From Chitinophaga pinensis (GTDB lineage Bacteria; Bacteroidota; Bacteroidia; Chitinophagales; CAMDFR01), in contig CAMART010000009.1 of the NCBI GenBank assembly GCA_945860705.1, positions 38,248-102,247 on the forward strand: a DNA stretch of 64,000 nt. The letters run 5' to 3'. Each line of letters starts with the position of its first letter. The first letter of the stretch is position 1. This document shows, piece by piece, positions 49,029 to 59,042 of this stretch. The position numbers were made by a program, and so were the translations under genes. A model generated the notes under the pieces. That model was given only the letters and a program-made list of their open reading frames with translations, had not been told where the DNA came from and did not search any database.

Positions 49029-49114
49029 AACATTAACCATTTTACATCCAACATTACATTTAACATTTACTATTTAACATTTAGCATTTAAAATTAAACA
49101 TTTAGCATTTAAAA
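49029..49114. repeat. heptad-periodic AACATTT/AGCATTT/AAAATTA tract abutting the msrB stop
   Basis: The CAT trinucleotide recurs at 49031, 38, 45, 52, 57, 64, 78, 85, 99 and 106, giving period 7 with one slip. The last 21 nt are duplicated exactly. Confidence 0.8.
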
Positions 49115-49594
49115 TTATTTCCCGCTCGGTTTAAAATCTAGTGACAAGGAGTTGACACAATAGCGCATGCCAGTAGGAGCTGGGCCATCATCAAATACAT
49201 GACCTAAGTGTGAGCCACATTTTTTGCATACTATTTCTTCACGCAACATATTGTAAGTGCTATCTGTGTGAGATGCTACATTATTTCCTATTTCATTGAA
49301 GAAGCTAGGCCAGCCTGTACCACTCTTAAATTTTGTATCGGAGCTAAAAAGTGGAGCACTACATACGGCACAATAGTAAATGCCTTTTTCATAATGATTG
49401 TCATATTTCCCACTGAAAGGAGATTCTGTAGCTTTATCGTGGCATACTTTGTATTGTTCTGGACTGAGGTTGTTCCACTTAGCATTTTGAGTACTATCTG
49501 CTTGACTAGTATAGCTATTAGCATGAACAGTAGAGTTCATGTTTTTGCAGTTCATAGAGCTCAGTATTACTAAAAAATACATCATCGTTTTCAT
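49115..49594 (-). CDS. msrB: peptide-methionine (R)-S-oxide reductase with signal peptide
   Basis: CAVC....F.S..KF.SGTGWPSF and CKKCGSHLGHVF.DGP.PTG.RYC.NS. Confidence 0.9.
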   Translation of the reverse strand: MKTMMYFLVILSSMNCKNMNSTVHANSYTSQADSTQNAKWNNLSPEQYKVCHDKATESPFSGKYDNHYEKGIYYCAVCSAPLFSSDTKFKSGTGWPSFFNEIGNNVASHTDSTYNMLREEIVCKKCGSHLGHVFDDGPAPTGMRYCVNSLSLDFKPSGK

Positions 49595-49697
49595 CTGTTC
49601 ATCAATTTTACACCAATATTAATGAATATCTAATTGAATAGGATATTAAATATTGTTAAAGATATTTTTTGTTTAGCGTAATTTTGTACAAAACAAT

Positions 49698-50579
49698 ATG
49701 ATGACAATAATAGACGGAAATCTTATCTCCAATCAAATTAAAGAAGAAATAAAAGAATCAGTAACTAAGCTAGTAAATGAAGGTAAAAAACGACCACATT
49801 TAGCTGCAGTATTAGTAGGTATGGATGGCGCAAGCCAAACATACGTGGGTCATAAAGTAAAAAGTTGTGAGCAAGTGGGTTTTGAATCTACATTAGTTAC
49901 GCTGGATGAAAATACGACTGAAGAAACCTTGATTTCAAAAATACATGAATTGAATAATAATGATGCTATTGATGGATTTATAGTACAGTTGCCACTTCCA
50001 AAGCATATAGATGCAGATAAAATATTGCTAGAAATAAAAGCATCGAAAGATGTAGATGGTTTTCATCCTATCAATTTTGGAAGAATGTGTTTGAACCTTC
50101 CTGCATACATCCCAGCTACACCAATGGGTATTATGACTTTGATAGAACGCTACAAAATAGAAACCAAAGGAAAACATTGTGTAGTAATAGGTAGAAGCAA
50201 TATAGTAGGTAGACCTATGAGCATACTGATGAGCAGAGCTGGAATAGATTCTACCGTCACACTTTGTCACTCTCGTACCAGCAATCTTCAAGAAGAATGT
50301 AGGAGAGCAGATATCATCATAGCAGCACTTGGCAAACCAAATTTTGTAACAAAAGATATGGTGAAACCTGGAGCAGTAATCATAGATGTAGGTATCACCA
50401 GAGTAGAAGATAGTAGTAAAAAAAGTGGCTATAGAATAGCGGGTGATGTTGACTTTGAAAATGTAAAAGATCTATGCAGTTATATAACTCCTGTCCCAGG
50501 TGGAGTAGGACCTATGACAGTGGTTTCGCTTATGCTCAATACACTCCAAGCTTCACAAAATTTAATCTATACAAAATAA
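49698..50579 (+). CDS. folD: bifunctional methylenetetrahydrofolate dehydrogenase/cyclohydrolase
   Basis: P.LA..LVG.D.AS..YV..K.K, DG..VQLPLP, DVDGFHP, GRS.IVG.P and PVPGGVGPMT. Confidence 0.95.
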   Translation: MMTIIDGNLISNQIKEEIKESVTKLVNEGKKRPHLAAVLVGMDGASQTYVGHKVKSCEQVGFESTLVTLDENTTEETLISKIHELNNNDAIDGFIVQLPLPKHIDADKILLEIKASKDVDGFHPINFGRMCLNLPAYIPATPMGIMTLIERYKIETKGKHCVVIGRSNIVGRPMSILMSRAGIDSTVTLCHSRTSNLQEECRRADIIIAALGKPNFVTKDMVKPGAVIIDVGITRVEDSSKKSGYRIAGDVDFENVKDLCSYITPVPGGVGPMTVVSLMLNTLQASQNLIYTK

Positions 50580-51494
50580 ATGAAATACATATTTTATATT
50601 CTTTGTGTTACTATTTTTTTTGTTTCTTGTAAAAGAAATCAAGGAAGTAGTTTGATTATTGCACCAGATAGCAATACTATAGTAGCAGATTCAAGCTATT
50701 CAAAAGTTTATATAGCGGCTAATGAATTAAAAAAAGAGAGCGTAGATTTTTTGCAAATAGAGTACCCATTTATAAAAGAAAAAAATACAGGAGTAGTAAA
50801 AGTTTCTAAAAAATCATTCATCAATACTGCACAGAATTCTACAAAAACTGAGATGCAAATTGAGCCAATATATTTTAAAAATAAAACAGCAAGTATAGAA
50901 AAATACAATATAATCGTAGATGCAGATGCACTAGAATATAGAGATGCTTGTTTATTTGCTAAAAAAAATGGAACAGATACAACTGAAGATTTTTACTATG
51001 TATACAATCCATTGTCAGGCGAAGAATTATTTACCTATACCAATGATTATTTTGATTTAGTTATACCAAATTCTAAAGTGCGAAGATTCATCGGTTTTAC
51101 TTCTACAAAAAGAGTTTTAGCTAGCGAAGAAAAAACCATTAAAAATTTAATTGGTCATTTATTTTATGCATCTAATTTTAAACAAATACAAGAGTTTGAA
51201 ATCACTGCTAAAGATGAAACTATATTTAAAACTTTTTCTTTATATACTCCAAAAATATTATTGAAAACTACTAATGCTAATTATAGTTTGATAGATGAAG
51301 GTAGGAGACTAGCATTGATGAATTTGACAGAAGAAAATAATGCATCCGATTTTTCAAACATTCAATTAGAAATCACTTTTTATTATGGAGATGATGCAAA
51401 AGAATCTATTTGTATTATTCCAATAAAAGATGATAAGTTGGATATAAGTAAAAGTGTATACGATAAAAATTTAATACAAATCAATACTAAATAA
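50580..51494 (+). CDS. hypothetical lipoprotein
   Basis: Lipobox FFVSC. No recognised motif. Confidence 0.5.
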   Translation: MKYIFYILCVTIFFVSCKRNQGSSLIIAPDSNTIVADSSYSKVYIAANELKKESVDFLQIEYPFIKEKNTGVVKVSKKSFINTAQNSTKTEMQIEPIYFKNKTASIEKYNIIVDADALEYRDACLFAKKNGTDTTEDFYYVYNPLSGEELFTYTNDYFDLVIPNSKVRRFIGFTSTKRVLASEEKTIKNLIGHLFYASNFKQIQEFEITAKDETIFKTFSLYTPKILLKTTNANYSLIDEGRRLALMNLTEENNASDFSNIQLEITFYYGDDAKESICIIPIKDDKLDISKSVYDKNLIQINTK

Positions 51495-52096
51495 TGAATG
51501 AACAATTGCCAGTAATGGAGCACTTTTACACCTTGCAAGGCGAAGGTTATTATCAAGGACAAGCTGCCTATTTTATAAGATTGGGTGGCTGTGATGTGGG
51601 TTGTACTTGGTGCGATGTAAAGGAGAGTTGGGATGCTAGCAAACACCCAATGTATAGTATTGATGAAATAGTGCAATTCGTAAAAGATTCAAAAGCATCT
51701 CTCGCAGTCATCACGGGAGGTGAGCCAACCATGCATTCATTAGTTGCATTGACTGATACTTTGATAAATAATGGTATTCGATCTAATATAGAAACATCGG
51801 GTACCAATTCATTAACTGGTTCGTGGAATTGGATTTGCTTTTCTCCAAAAAGATTTAAAAAACCACTCGAAGAATACTATGAGAAATCTCATGAACTAAA
51901 AGTAGTTATCAATCATGTAAATGATTTGAGATGGGCTCAGGCACATGCGGATAAAATGAATCCTACATCTAAACTTTATTTGCAACCAGAGTGGGACAAT
52001 AGAGAGAGTGTAACGGAAGCAATAATCGATTATATAAAAGAGCACCCAAGATGGCAACTGTCACTTCAAACTCATAAGTATCTCAATATACCATAA
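51494..52096 (+). CDS. queE: 7-carboxy-7-deazaguanine synthase (radical SAM)
   Basis: FYTLQGEG...G....FIRLGGCDVGCTWCD, a CX3CX2C-type cluster with the QueE N-terminal pattern. Confidence 0.85.
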   Translation: MNEQLPVMEHFYTLQGEGYYQGQAAYFIRLGGCDVGCTWCDVKESWDASKHPMYSIDEIVQFVKDSKASLAVITGGEPTMHSLVALTDTLINNGIRSNIETSGTNSLTGSWNWICFSPKRFKKPLEEYYEKSHELKVVINHVNDLRWAQAHADKMNPTSKLYLQPEWDNRESVTEAIIDYIKEHPRWQLSLQTHKYLNIP

Positions 52097-52754
52097 AACT
52101 AGAATCCCGATAAATCAACCTGTGAATTATCGGGATACCTAACCTTAAAACTACCTAACACTATCTCTTACGTAGAGAAAATGAAAAGGTTACAATTATT
52201 TATCTTTTATTTGAAAAATTATAATTTGACTTAAAAATAGAATCCCGATAAATCAACCTGTGAATTATCGGGATACCTAACCTTAAAACTACCTAACACT
52301 ATCTCTTACGCAGAGAAAATGAAAAGGTTACAATTATTTATCTTTTATTTGAAAAATTATAATTTGAGTTAAAACTAGAATCCCGATAAATCAACCTGTG
52401 AATTATCGGGATACCTAACCTTAAAACTACCTAACACTCTCTCTTACGCAGAGAAAATGAAAAGGTTACATTTATTTATCTTTTATTTGAAAATTTATGA
52501 TTTGGGTTAAAAATAGAATCCCGATAAATCAACCTGTGAATTATCGGGATACCTAACCTTAAAACTACCTAACACTATCTCTTACGCTGAGAAAATGAAA
52601 AGGTTACAATTATTTATATTTTATTTGAAAAATTATAATTTGAGTTAAAACTAGAATCCCGATAAATCAACCTGTGAATTATCGGGATACCTAACCTTAA
52701 AACTACCTAACACCATCTCTTACGCTAGGAAAATGAAAAGGTTACATTTATTTA
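52097..52754. repeat. tandem array, 138-bp period, 4 full units plus 1 truncated unit
   Basis: AGAATCCCGATAA recurs at 52101, 52239, 52377, 52515 and 52653. The units are near-identical. Each has a 10-bp stem ATCCCGATAA / TTATCGGGAT with a 13-nt loop. Confidence 0.95.
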
Positions 52755-52841
52755 AAAATTTTTTAATAATTTATTTAAGTGATTGATTTACAAGTGTAAA
52801 AACTTTTCTTTTTTTATTTTTTAGTACAATATATTTGTAAA

Positions 52842-53621
52842 ATGCAATTGATAGATCAAATAAAACATCAAATAACTATAAATGATGTACCAAAAAGAAT
52901 AATTTCCTTGGTTCCCTCTCAAACAGAGTTTTTATTTGATATAGGCTTAGATGATTGCATCGTAGGAATCACCAAATTTTGCATACATCCAAAAGAAAAA
53001 GTAAAAGATATAATAAATATAGGAGGTACAAAAAATTGTAGACTTGATAAAATAGAATCTTTAAACCCAGATATAATCATTGCCAATAAAGAAGAAAATA
53101 CCCAATCGGATATTGAATATCTTCAAAAAAAATATACCGTTTATACTAGCGATATTAAAACTTTAGAAGACAATTATCAAATGATGATTGATATTGGTAC
53201 AATTTTTAACAAGCTAAATGAAGCAAATAAAATTATTGAACAAATCAAATCTGGTATAGCCTCTATTGATAGTTCATCTAAAAAGAAAGCTCTTTATTTT
53301 ATATGGAGAAAACCCTGGATGAGTATTGGTCATGATACTTTTATCAATGAAATGATGCACCAACTAGGTTTTGAAAATATAGTAGCTGAAAAGACTAGAT
53401 ATCCAGAACTAAGTATAGAAGAGATACAAAATTTGCAAGCTCCATACATCTTGCTTTCTAGTGAACCATTTCCATTCAAACAAAGACATATAGATGAGCT
53501 ACAAGAGTTGTGCCCTATGTCAAAAATTATAATGGTAGATGGAGAAATATTTAGTTGGTATGGAAGTCGTTTGCTACATGCAAGCACATACTTTCATAAA
53601 GAATTAGTTCAGCTATTATAG
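52842..53621 (+). CDS. ABC-transporter periplasmic binding protein (BtuF / helical-backbone metal-receptor-like)
   Basis: RIISLVPS.TE.L...GL.D.IVG.T..C and PD.IIAN.E.N motifs typical of cobalamin or siderophore class III binding proteins. Confidence 0.7.
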   Translation: MQLIDQIKHQITINDVPKRIISLVPSQTEFLFDIGLDDCIVGITKFCIHPKEKVKDIINIGGTKNCRLDKIESLNPDIIIANKEENTQSDIEYLQKKYTVYTSDIKTLEDNYQMMIDIGTIFNKLNEANKIIEQIKSGIASIDSSSKKKALYFIWRKPWMSIGHDTFINEMMHQLGFENIVAEKTRYPELSIEEIQNLQAPYILLSSEPFPFKQRHIDELQELCPMSKIIMVDGEIFSWYGSRLLHASTYFHKELVQLL

Positions 53622-53625
53622 AATA

Positions 53626-55857
53626 CTATGCAAAAATCTCTTTTTCTATTGCAGTATTATATAGTGTTGCCCATTCGCTTACAGCTCCCCAATTTTCAGA
53701 TTTTATTTGAATACTATCTTTAGTTACTTTACCTATAAGTGAAAAATAAAGTTGATGAGCGGTAAGAAGTTTTTCGAAATTTTCTTTGTTTTTTGAGTCT
53801 ATAGATACTACTACTCTAGATTGGCTCTCACCAAAAAGCATGGCATCTTCACGAATTTCTGTACCATAGCAAATTTCAAAACCTTTAGCACCACTCATTG
53901 CACTTTCAAGCAAAGTCACAAATAGTCCACCTTCACTCACATCGTGCATAGATTGAGCTAATTTTTGCTCATTTATTTTATGAAGTGTAGATTGAAGTTT
54001 ATATTCTTCTTCTAGATTGAAATAAGGCACACTAGAGTTTTCATTCTTATGGATATTCACTAGATATTGAGAAGAATTGATATCGTTTTTAGTTTCACCT
54101 AATATATAGATTAAATCACCTTCATTCTTAAAATGCAAGGTCATTTTGTGGTCAATATGTTTCATAGTACCTATCATACCAATAGTAGGAGTAGGGAATA
54201 CAGCTCCACCATCGTTTGATTGATTGTAAAAACTTACATTACCACCAGTAACTGGGGTATCAAATTTGATACAAGCATCGCCCATACCACGAAGTGCTTC
54301 TACAAATGTCCAGTATACTTCTGGTTTATTAGGATTTCCAAAATTTAAACAATTGGTGATAGCACTTGGCATTCCACCGCTACAAGTAATATTTCTTGCA
54401 GCTTCACTCACAGCTATCATAGCGCCTACATAAGGGTCTGCATATACAAATCTAGAATTGCAATCTACCGTCAAAGCCAAACAAGTATCTGTACCATCTA
54501 TACGCACTACAGCTGCATCACTTTTTTCATTTATAGAAGTATTTGCAAGTCCTACCATAGAGTCGTATTGTTCGTATACCCATCTTTTTGAAGCAATATT
54601 TGGTAGTTGTATTATCTTTTTTGCTACTGCTTTCAAATCAGTAGGTATTGATATAGTATTGATGTCAAATTTTTTCAGTTCCTGAAAATATGCAGGTTCT
54701 GTATATGGTTTATTATATACAGGAGCACCACCACCTAGCACCAATGATTGTGCAGGAACAGAGGCTACTAATTCTTCTCCCATATAATAATTTAAAATAC
54801 CCGTATCAGTTACTTCACCTATCACAGCACAATGCAAGTCCCATTTGTCAAATACTTTTTCTACTAAATGTTCTTTGCCTTTTTCAACAACGATGAGCAT
54901 TCTTTCTTGGCTTTCAGAAAGTAAAATTTCCCATGGTTTCATATTTTGCTGACGTGTAGGCACTTTATCTAGCCAGATATTCATCCCATGTTCTCCTTTT
55001 GCACTCATCTCAGAGGTAGAGCAAGTAATACCTGCTGCGCCCATATCTTGCATACCTATCACTGCACCAGTTTTTATTACTTCGAGTGATGCTTCTAGCA
55101 ACAGTTTTTCTTGAAATGGATCGCCTACTTGCACTGCAGGTAAGTCATTGATAGAATCTTCACTGATGTCTTTAGATGCAAATGCAGCACCAGCTATACC
55201 ATCTTTACCAGTAGATGAACCCACAATATATACTTTATTTCCTACTCCGTATGAAGTAGCAGATACGGTTTCTCCTTTTTTTACAATACCTACAGACATG
55301 GCATTGACAAGTGGATTGGTTTGATAACACGAATCAAAATATACTTCACCAGCTACTGTTGGTACACCAAATGCATTGCCATAGTCGCCAATACCTTTCA
55401 CTACACCTTTCAGTAAATGTTTAGTTTTATTGTTTTGCAAATCACCAAATCTTAGTGAATTAAGCGCTGCTATAGGTCGAGCACCCATAGTAAATATATC
55501 TCTATGTATACCGCCCACACCGGTAGCGGCACCTTGATATGGTTCTAGTGCAGAAGGGTGGTTGTGACTTTCTATTTTAAAAGCACATCCTAAATCATTA
55601 CCTATATCTACAAGGCCTGCATTCTCTTCTCCAGCTTCTACTAATAAGTGCTTACCACTTCTTGGCAATTTTTTTAAGTAAATAATAGAGTTTTTATAAG
55701 AGCAATGTTCGCTCCACATCACACTGTATATAGATAGTTCATTGAAGTTTGGAGTCCTGCCTAGTACTTCTTTTATCTTTTCAAACTCTTCTGGCAATAA
55801 TCCTAAATCTTTGGCAGTTTCAACTGTGGTAAGTGTTTCTTGTGCAGTAGTAGACAT
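53626..55857 (-). CDS. purL: phosphoribosylformylglycinamidine synthase subunit PurL
   Basis: [29 protein letters not shown] and TGGNVSFYN, over 743 aa. Confidence 0.95.
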   Translation of the reverse strand: MSTTAQETLTTVETAKDLGLLPEEFEKIKEVLGRTPNFNELSIYSVMWSEHCSYKNSIIYLKKLPRSGKHLLVEAGEENAGLVDIGNDLGCAFKIESHNHPSALEPYQGAATGVGGIHRDIFTMGARPIAALNSLRFGDLQNNKTKHLLKGVVKGIGDYGNAFGVPTVAGEVYFDSCYQTNPLVNAMSVGIVKKGETVSATSYGVGNKVYIVGSSTGKDGIAGAAFASKDISEDSINDLPAVQVGDPFQEKLLLEASLEVIKTGAVIGMQDMGAAGITCSTSEMSAKGEHGMNIWLDKVPTRQQNMKPWEILLSESQERMLIVVEKGKEHLVEKVFDKWDLHCAVIGEVTDTGILNYYMGEELVASVPAQSLVLGGGAPVYNKPYTEPAYFQELKKFDINTISIPTDLKAVAKKIIQLPNIASKRWVYEQYDSMVGLANTSINEKSDAAVVRIDGTDTCLALTVDCNSRFVYADPYVGAMIAVSEAARNITCSGGMPSAITNCLNFGNPNKPEVYWTFVEALRGMGDACIKFDTPVTGGNVSFYNQSNDGGAVFPTPTIGMIGTMKHIDHKMTLHFKNEGDLIYILGETKNDINSSQYLVNIHKNENSSVPYFNLEEEYKLQSTLHKINEQKLAQSMHDVSEGGLFVTLLESAMSGAKGFEICYGTEIREDAMLFGESQSRVVVSIDSKNKENFEKLLTAHQLYFSLIGKVTKDSIQIKSENWGAVSEWATLYNTAIEKEIFA

Positions 55858-55869
55858 ATGTATTATATT

Positions 55870-57132
55870 TTAGCTTATTGTTTTTTTTACTAGTAATAAA
55901 AATTCTTGAATATCTTTTTTATTTACCAATAAATCTGATAGTGTAAAATTATTATTTTTATAAAACTGATAGAGAAGAAATAATGAACAAACTATAAACG
56001 AAATGCTCATTGTAAATGCTGTGCCAGTCATTTCGTACCTTACTATCAAAAAATATCCCATAAATATAGAAATAAAAGCGCCTAAGCCACAGGCTATTAT
56101 ATTGAGGTCTATTCTTCCTTTGCCTAAAAAATAAGAACTTAATACTATGAAAATAGGATAGGCAATAGCACCTGGTATGAGCCACCGTATATAATGTTTG
56201 AGTACTTTGCATGAACTACCAAAAATAAAAGTATAGACTTCAGTTGGCATCAAAAATATAATAGAAACCAAAATAATACTTATTAGAACAGATATTTTCA
56301 ATGTTTTTAGAGTTTGCTTACTTTGTTCTATATTGTTTTCAGAATTTGCTACTTGTATATAGTTGAGTGTAGCACTACTACGCGAAACTATCCATATACT
56401 TTCTATCAGTGACAGACCGATGGAGAAAACTCCAAGAGATATTTTTCCTTCAAATTGGTATAAGAGGAAAAATGAAAATCGCAACATCATAAATTGTAAA
56501 AAATCAAACAATTGATATTTGTATCCATGAGATAAAATCAATTTGATTTCTTCCATATTATAGCCTATTACATTGGTTTTGATGATATCTTTTGATAAAT
56601 ATATAGCTATCAGAATACTAATAATGCTGCTACAATACATCATGATGATGATAGACCCAAGTCCCATTCTGTTGATGCCAAATATCATAAATACAATGAT
56701 CAATAAATTGCTAATAATATAAATGATAGATAAAGTATTGTATTTTTTTATTTCTTGATTGGCAAGCAATACGGCACTAAGTAAGCCAAAAATGGCTTGA
56801 AAAAATGTGAGGATACTAATATGAAATAAATACTCATTACTTCCTACAATAAACAATCTTAGGAAAACAAATTCTAAACTACATACAATAGCTATCCATG
56901 TGATAGAAGTAAAATAGATAGTTTTAAATGAGTTTTTGGCATAACTATAAATGAGGCTATTGCTACTAAAAATATTGCTAAAAAAACCTACAAAAGTGAT
57001 TAAAGTAAGTATATAAGTAAATTCTCCTTTGCCAATAGCTCCGTAGTATCTAGTGATGATGAGCGCTAATATAAAATTGAGTACATTGCAAAGTACTCTA
57101 GTAAATATATTGCTTAATAAATATTGTTTCAT
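55870..57132 (-). CDS. polysaccharide biosynthesis flippase-like (MOP/Wzx) membrane protein
   Basis: About 12 TM segments. The N-terminus is LSNIFTRVLCNVLNFILALIITRYYGAIGKGEF, the Wzx-like pattern. Confidence 0.65.
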   Translation of the reverse strand: MKQYLLSNIFTRVLCNVLNFILALIITRYYGAIGKGEFTYILTLITFVGFFSNIFSSNSLIYSYAKNSFKTIYFTSITWIAIVCSLEFVFLRLFIVGSNEYLFHISILTFFQAIFGLLSAVLLANQEIKKYNTLSIIYIISNLLIIVFMIFGINRMGLGSIIIMMYCSSIISILIAIYLSKDIIKTNVIGYNMEEIKLILSHGYKYQLFDFLQFMMLRFSFFLLYQFEGKISLGVFSIGLSLIESIWIVSRSSATLNYIQVANSENNIEQSKQTLKTLKISVLISIILVSIIFLMPTEVYTFIFGSSCKVLKHYIRWLIPGAIAYPIFIVLSSYFLGKGRIDLNIIACGLGAFISIFMGYFLIVRYEMTGTAFTMSISFIVCSLFLLYQFYKNNNFTLSDLLVNKKDIQEFLLLVKKTIS

Positions 57133-57273
57133 TATCTAGATAAGTAGGCTATAAATGCATTGTAAAGGTAAGATATAGTTCTAAAATACTAATCTAATTT
57201 ACCTTTGATTAGTAATTAAATATATGTTTATAAGATATTGTAAATTTAAATTGTTTATTCATTTTTAATATTG

Positions 57274-57281
57274 TACCTTTG
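57274..57281 (+). promoter_or_regulatory. -7 promoter box TACCTTTG upstream of the initiator tRNA
   Basis: An exact TAnnTTTG match ending 47 nt upstream of the tRNA 5-prime end, followed by CAAA as in the other boxes in this window. Confidence 0.35.
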
Positions 57282-57328
57282 CAAACCGATTAGGGAATAA
57301 TACTAATATAATTTTTATAAAAATATAT

Positions 57329-57401
<73 letters not shown>

Positions 57402-57403
57402 CT

Positions 57404-57436
57404 AAAAAAAAGATCACCTTTGGTGGTCTTTTTTTA
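57404..57436 (+). terminator. intrinsic terminator after tRNA-fMet
   Basis: An A-run, then stem AGATCACC / GGTGGTCT (one G-T pair), then a T-run. Confidence 0.6.
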
Positions 57437-57465
57437 TTTCACATAATACCCTAACTTTGTAATAT

Positions 57466-58344
57466 ATGCACAAATCAGGTTTCGTAAATATCATAGGATT
57501 GCCCAATGTAGGCAAGTCTACTTTGCTCAATGCCCTTATTGGCGAGAAGTTATCTATCATCACATCCAAAGCACAGACTACTAGACATAGGATTTTTGGT
57601 ATTTATAATGATGAAGATTATCAAATAGTTTTTTCGGATACCCCCGGATTTATCAATAAAGCGGCTTATAAACTGCAAAAACAAATGAATGATTTTGTAG
57701 CTTCAACTTTTGAAGATGCAGATTTATTTTTATTTGTGACACACAAATACGCTAAAGACGAAGAACAACAGCCACTCATAGAAAAACTTCAAAAAGCAAA
57801 TGTACCCATACTTGTAGTTATCAATAAAATGGATGAATGCAAAACAGAAGAAATACTGGCAATGATTACTAAATATCATGCATTACTTCCTACCGCTAAA
57901 TATATCAATGTGTCTGCTTTGCAAAAAAAGCATACTGCTGATTTATTTGAATTGATAAAATCCTATATCCCAGAGCATCCACCTTATTTTGACAAAGAAG
58001 ATGTAAGTGATAGAAATCAACGATTTTTTGTGACAGAAATCATCCGTGAAAAAATACTAGAACAATATGAAAAAGAAATACCCTACTCATGCGAGGTGAT
58101 AGTAGAAGAATACAAAGAAGAAGACAAAATCACTAAAATACGTGCCTTGATATATGTAGAGAGAGATTCGCAAAAAAATATTATCATAGGCAAAGCGGGA
58201 AGTTCTATCAATAAACTAGGCACTGCGGCTCGAAAAGATATTGAGGAGTTTATTGGGTCAAAAGTATATTTAGATTTGTTTGTAAAAGTGATGGACAACT
58301 GGCGAAATAATGAAAAAGTTTTGAAAAGATTTGGATATATGTAA
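57466..58344 (+). CDS. era: GTPase Era
   Basis: G1 GLPNVGKST, G3 DTPG, G4 NKMD, and a C-terminal KH domain (II.GK.GS.I..LG..AR..IE). Confidence 0.95.
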   Translation: MHKSGFVNIIGLPNVGKSTLLNALIGEKLSIITSKAQTTRHRIFGIYNDEDYQIVFSDTPGFINKAAYKLQKQMNDFVASTFEDADLFLFVTHKYAKDEEQQPLIEKLQKANVPILVVINKMDECKTEEILAMITKYHALLPTAKYINVSALQKKHTADLFELIKSYIPEHPPYFDKEDVSDRNQRFFVTEIIREKILEQYEKEIPYSCEVIVEEYKEEDKITKIRALIYVERDSQKNIIIGKAGSSINKLGTAARKDIEEFIGSKVYLDLFVKVMDNWRNNEKVLKRFGYM

Positions 58345-58384
58345 TCATATTTTCTATTAATATTAATTTTGAAAAAAATATTTT

Positions 58385-59041
58385 ATGGCTTTAGATAAAT
58401 TTCAAATAGCAAAAAGAATAGCTAGAGAATTAAAAAACGGATATTATGTAAATCTCGGTATTGGTATTCCTACACTAGTAGCCAACTATATACCTGATGG
58501 AATGAGTGTAGTATTGCAGTCAGAAAATGGATTGCTTGGCATGGGGCCATTTCCTTTTGAAGGTGAAGAAGACGCAGACTATATCAATGCAGGTAAACAA
58601 ACTATTACCACACTTGCTGGTTCTTCTATTTTTGATAGTGCTACAAGTTTTGCGATGATACGTGGAAGACATGTTGACCTCACAGTGCTTGGTGCTATGG
58701 AAGTGAGCGAAAATGGTGATATAGCTAATTGGAAAATACCTGGAAAAATGGTGAAAGGTATGGGCGGTGCTATGGATTTAGTTGCTGGTACAGATAATAT
58801 CATCGTAGCTATGATGCATACTAATAAAGAAGGAGAGAGTAAATTGCTTCCATCATGTACACTACCACTTACAGGTAAAGCTTGCATCAAAAAAGTAATC
58901 TCAGATCTTGGATATTTTGAAATAAAAGAGGGTGCTTTTCATTTATTAGAAAGAGCTCCAGGAGTATCTATAGAGGAAATACAAGCAAAAACTGCTGGTA
59001 AACTCATCATTTCTGAGCATGTAGTAGAAATGAGTCTCTAG
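58385..59041 (+). CDS. 3-oxoacid CoA-transferase subunit B
   Basis: VNLGIGIPT, QSENGLLG (catalytic Glu) and GMGGAMDL. Confidence 0.9.
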   Translation: MALDKFQIAKRIARELKNGYYVNLGIGIPTLVANYIPDGMSVVLQSENGLLGMGPFPFEGEEDADYINAGKQTITTLAGSSIFDSATSFAMIRGRHVDLTVLGAMEVSENGDIANWKIPGKMVKGMGGAMDLVAGTDNIIVAMMHTNKEGESKLLPSCTLPLTGKACIKKVISDLGYFEIKEGAFHLLERAPGVSIEEIQAKTAGKLIISEHVVEMSL

Positions 59042-59042
59042 T

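Noticed and set aside
52097-52754. Possible CRISPR array.
   Set aside because: The entire 138-bp unit is repeated nearly identically. There are no unique spacers between short repeats, and no cas genes are in the window.
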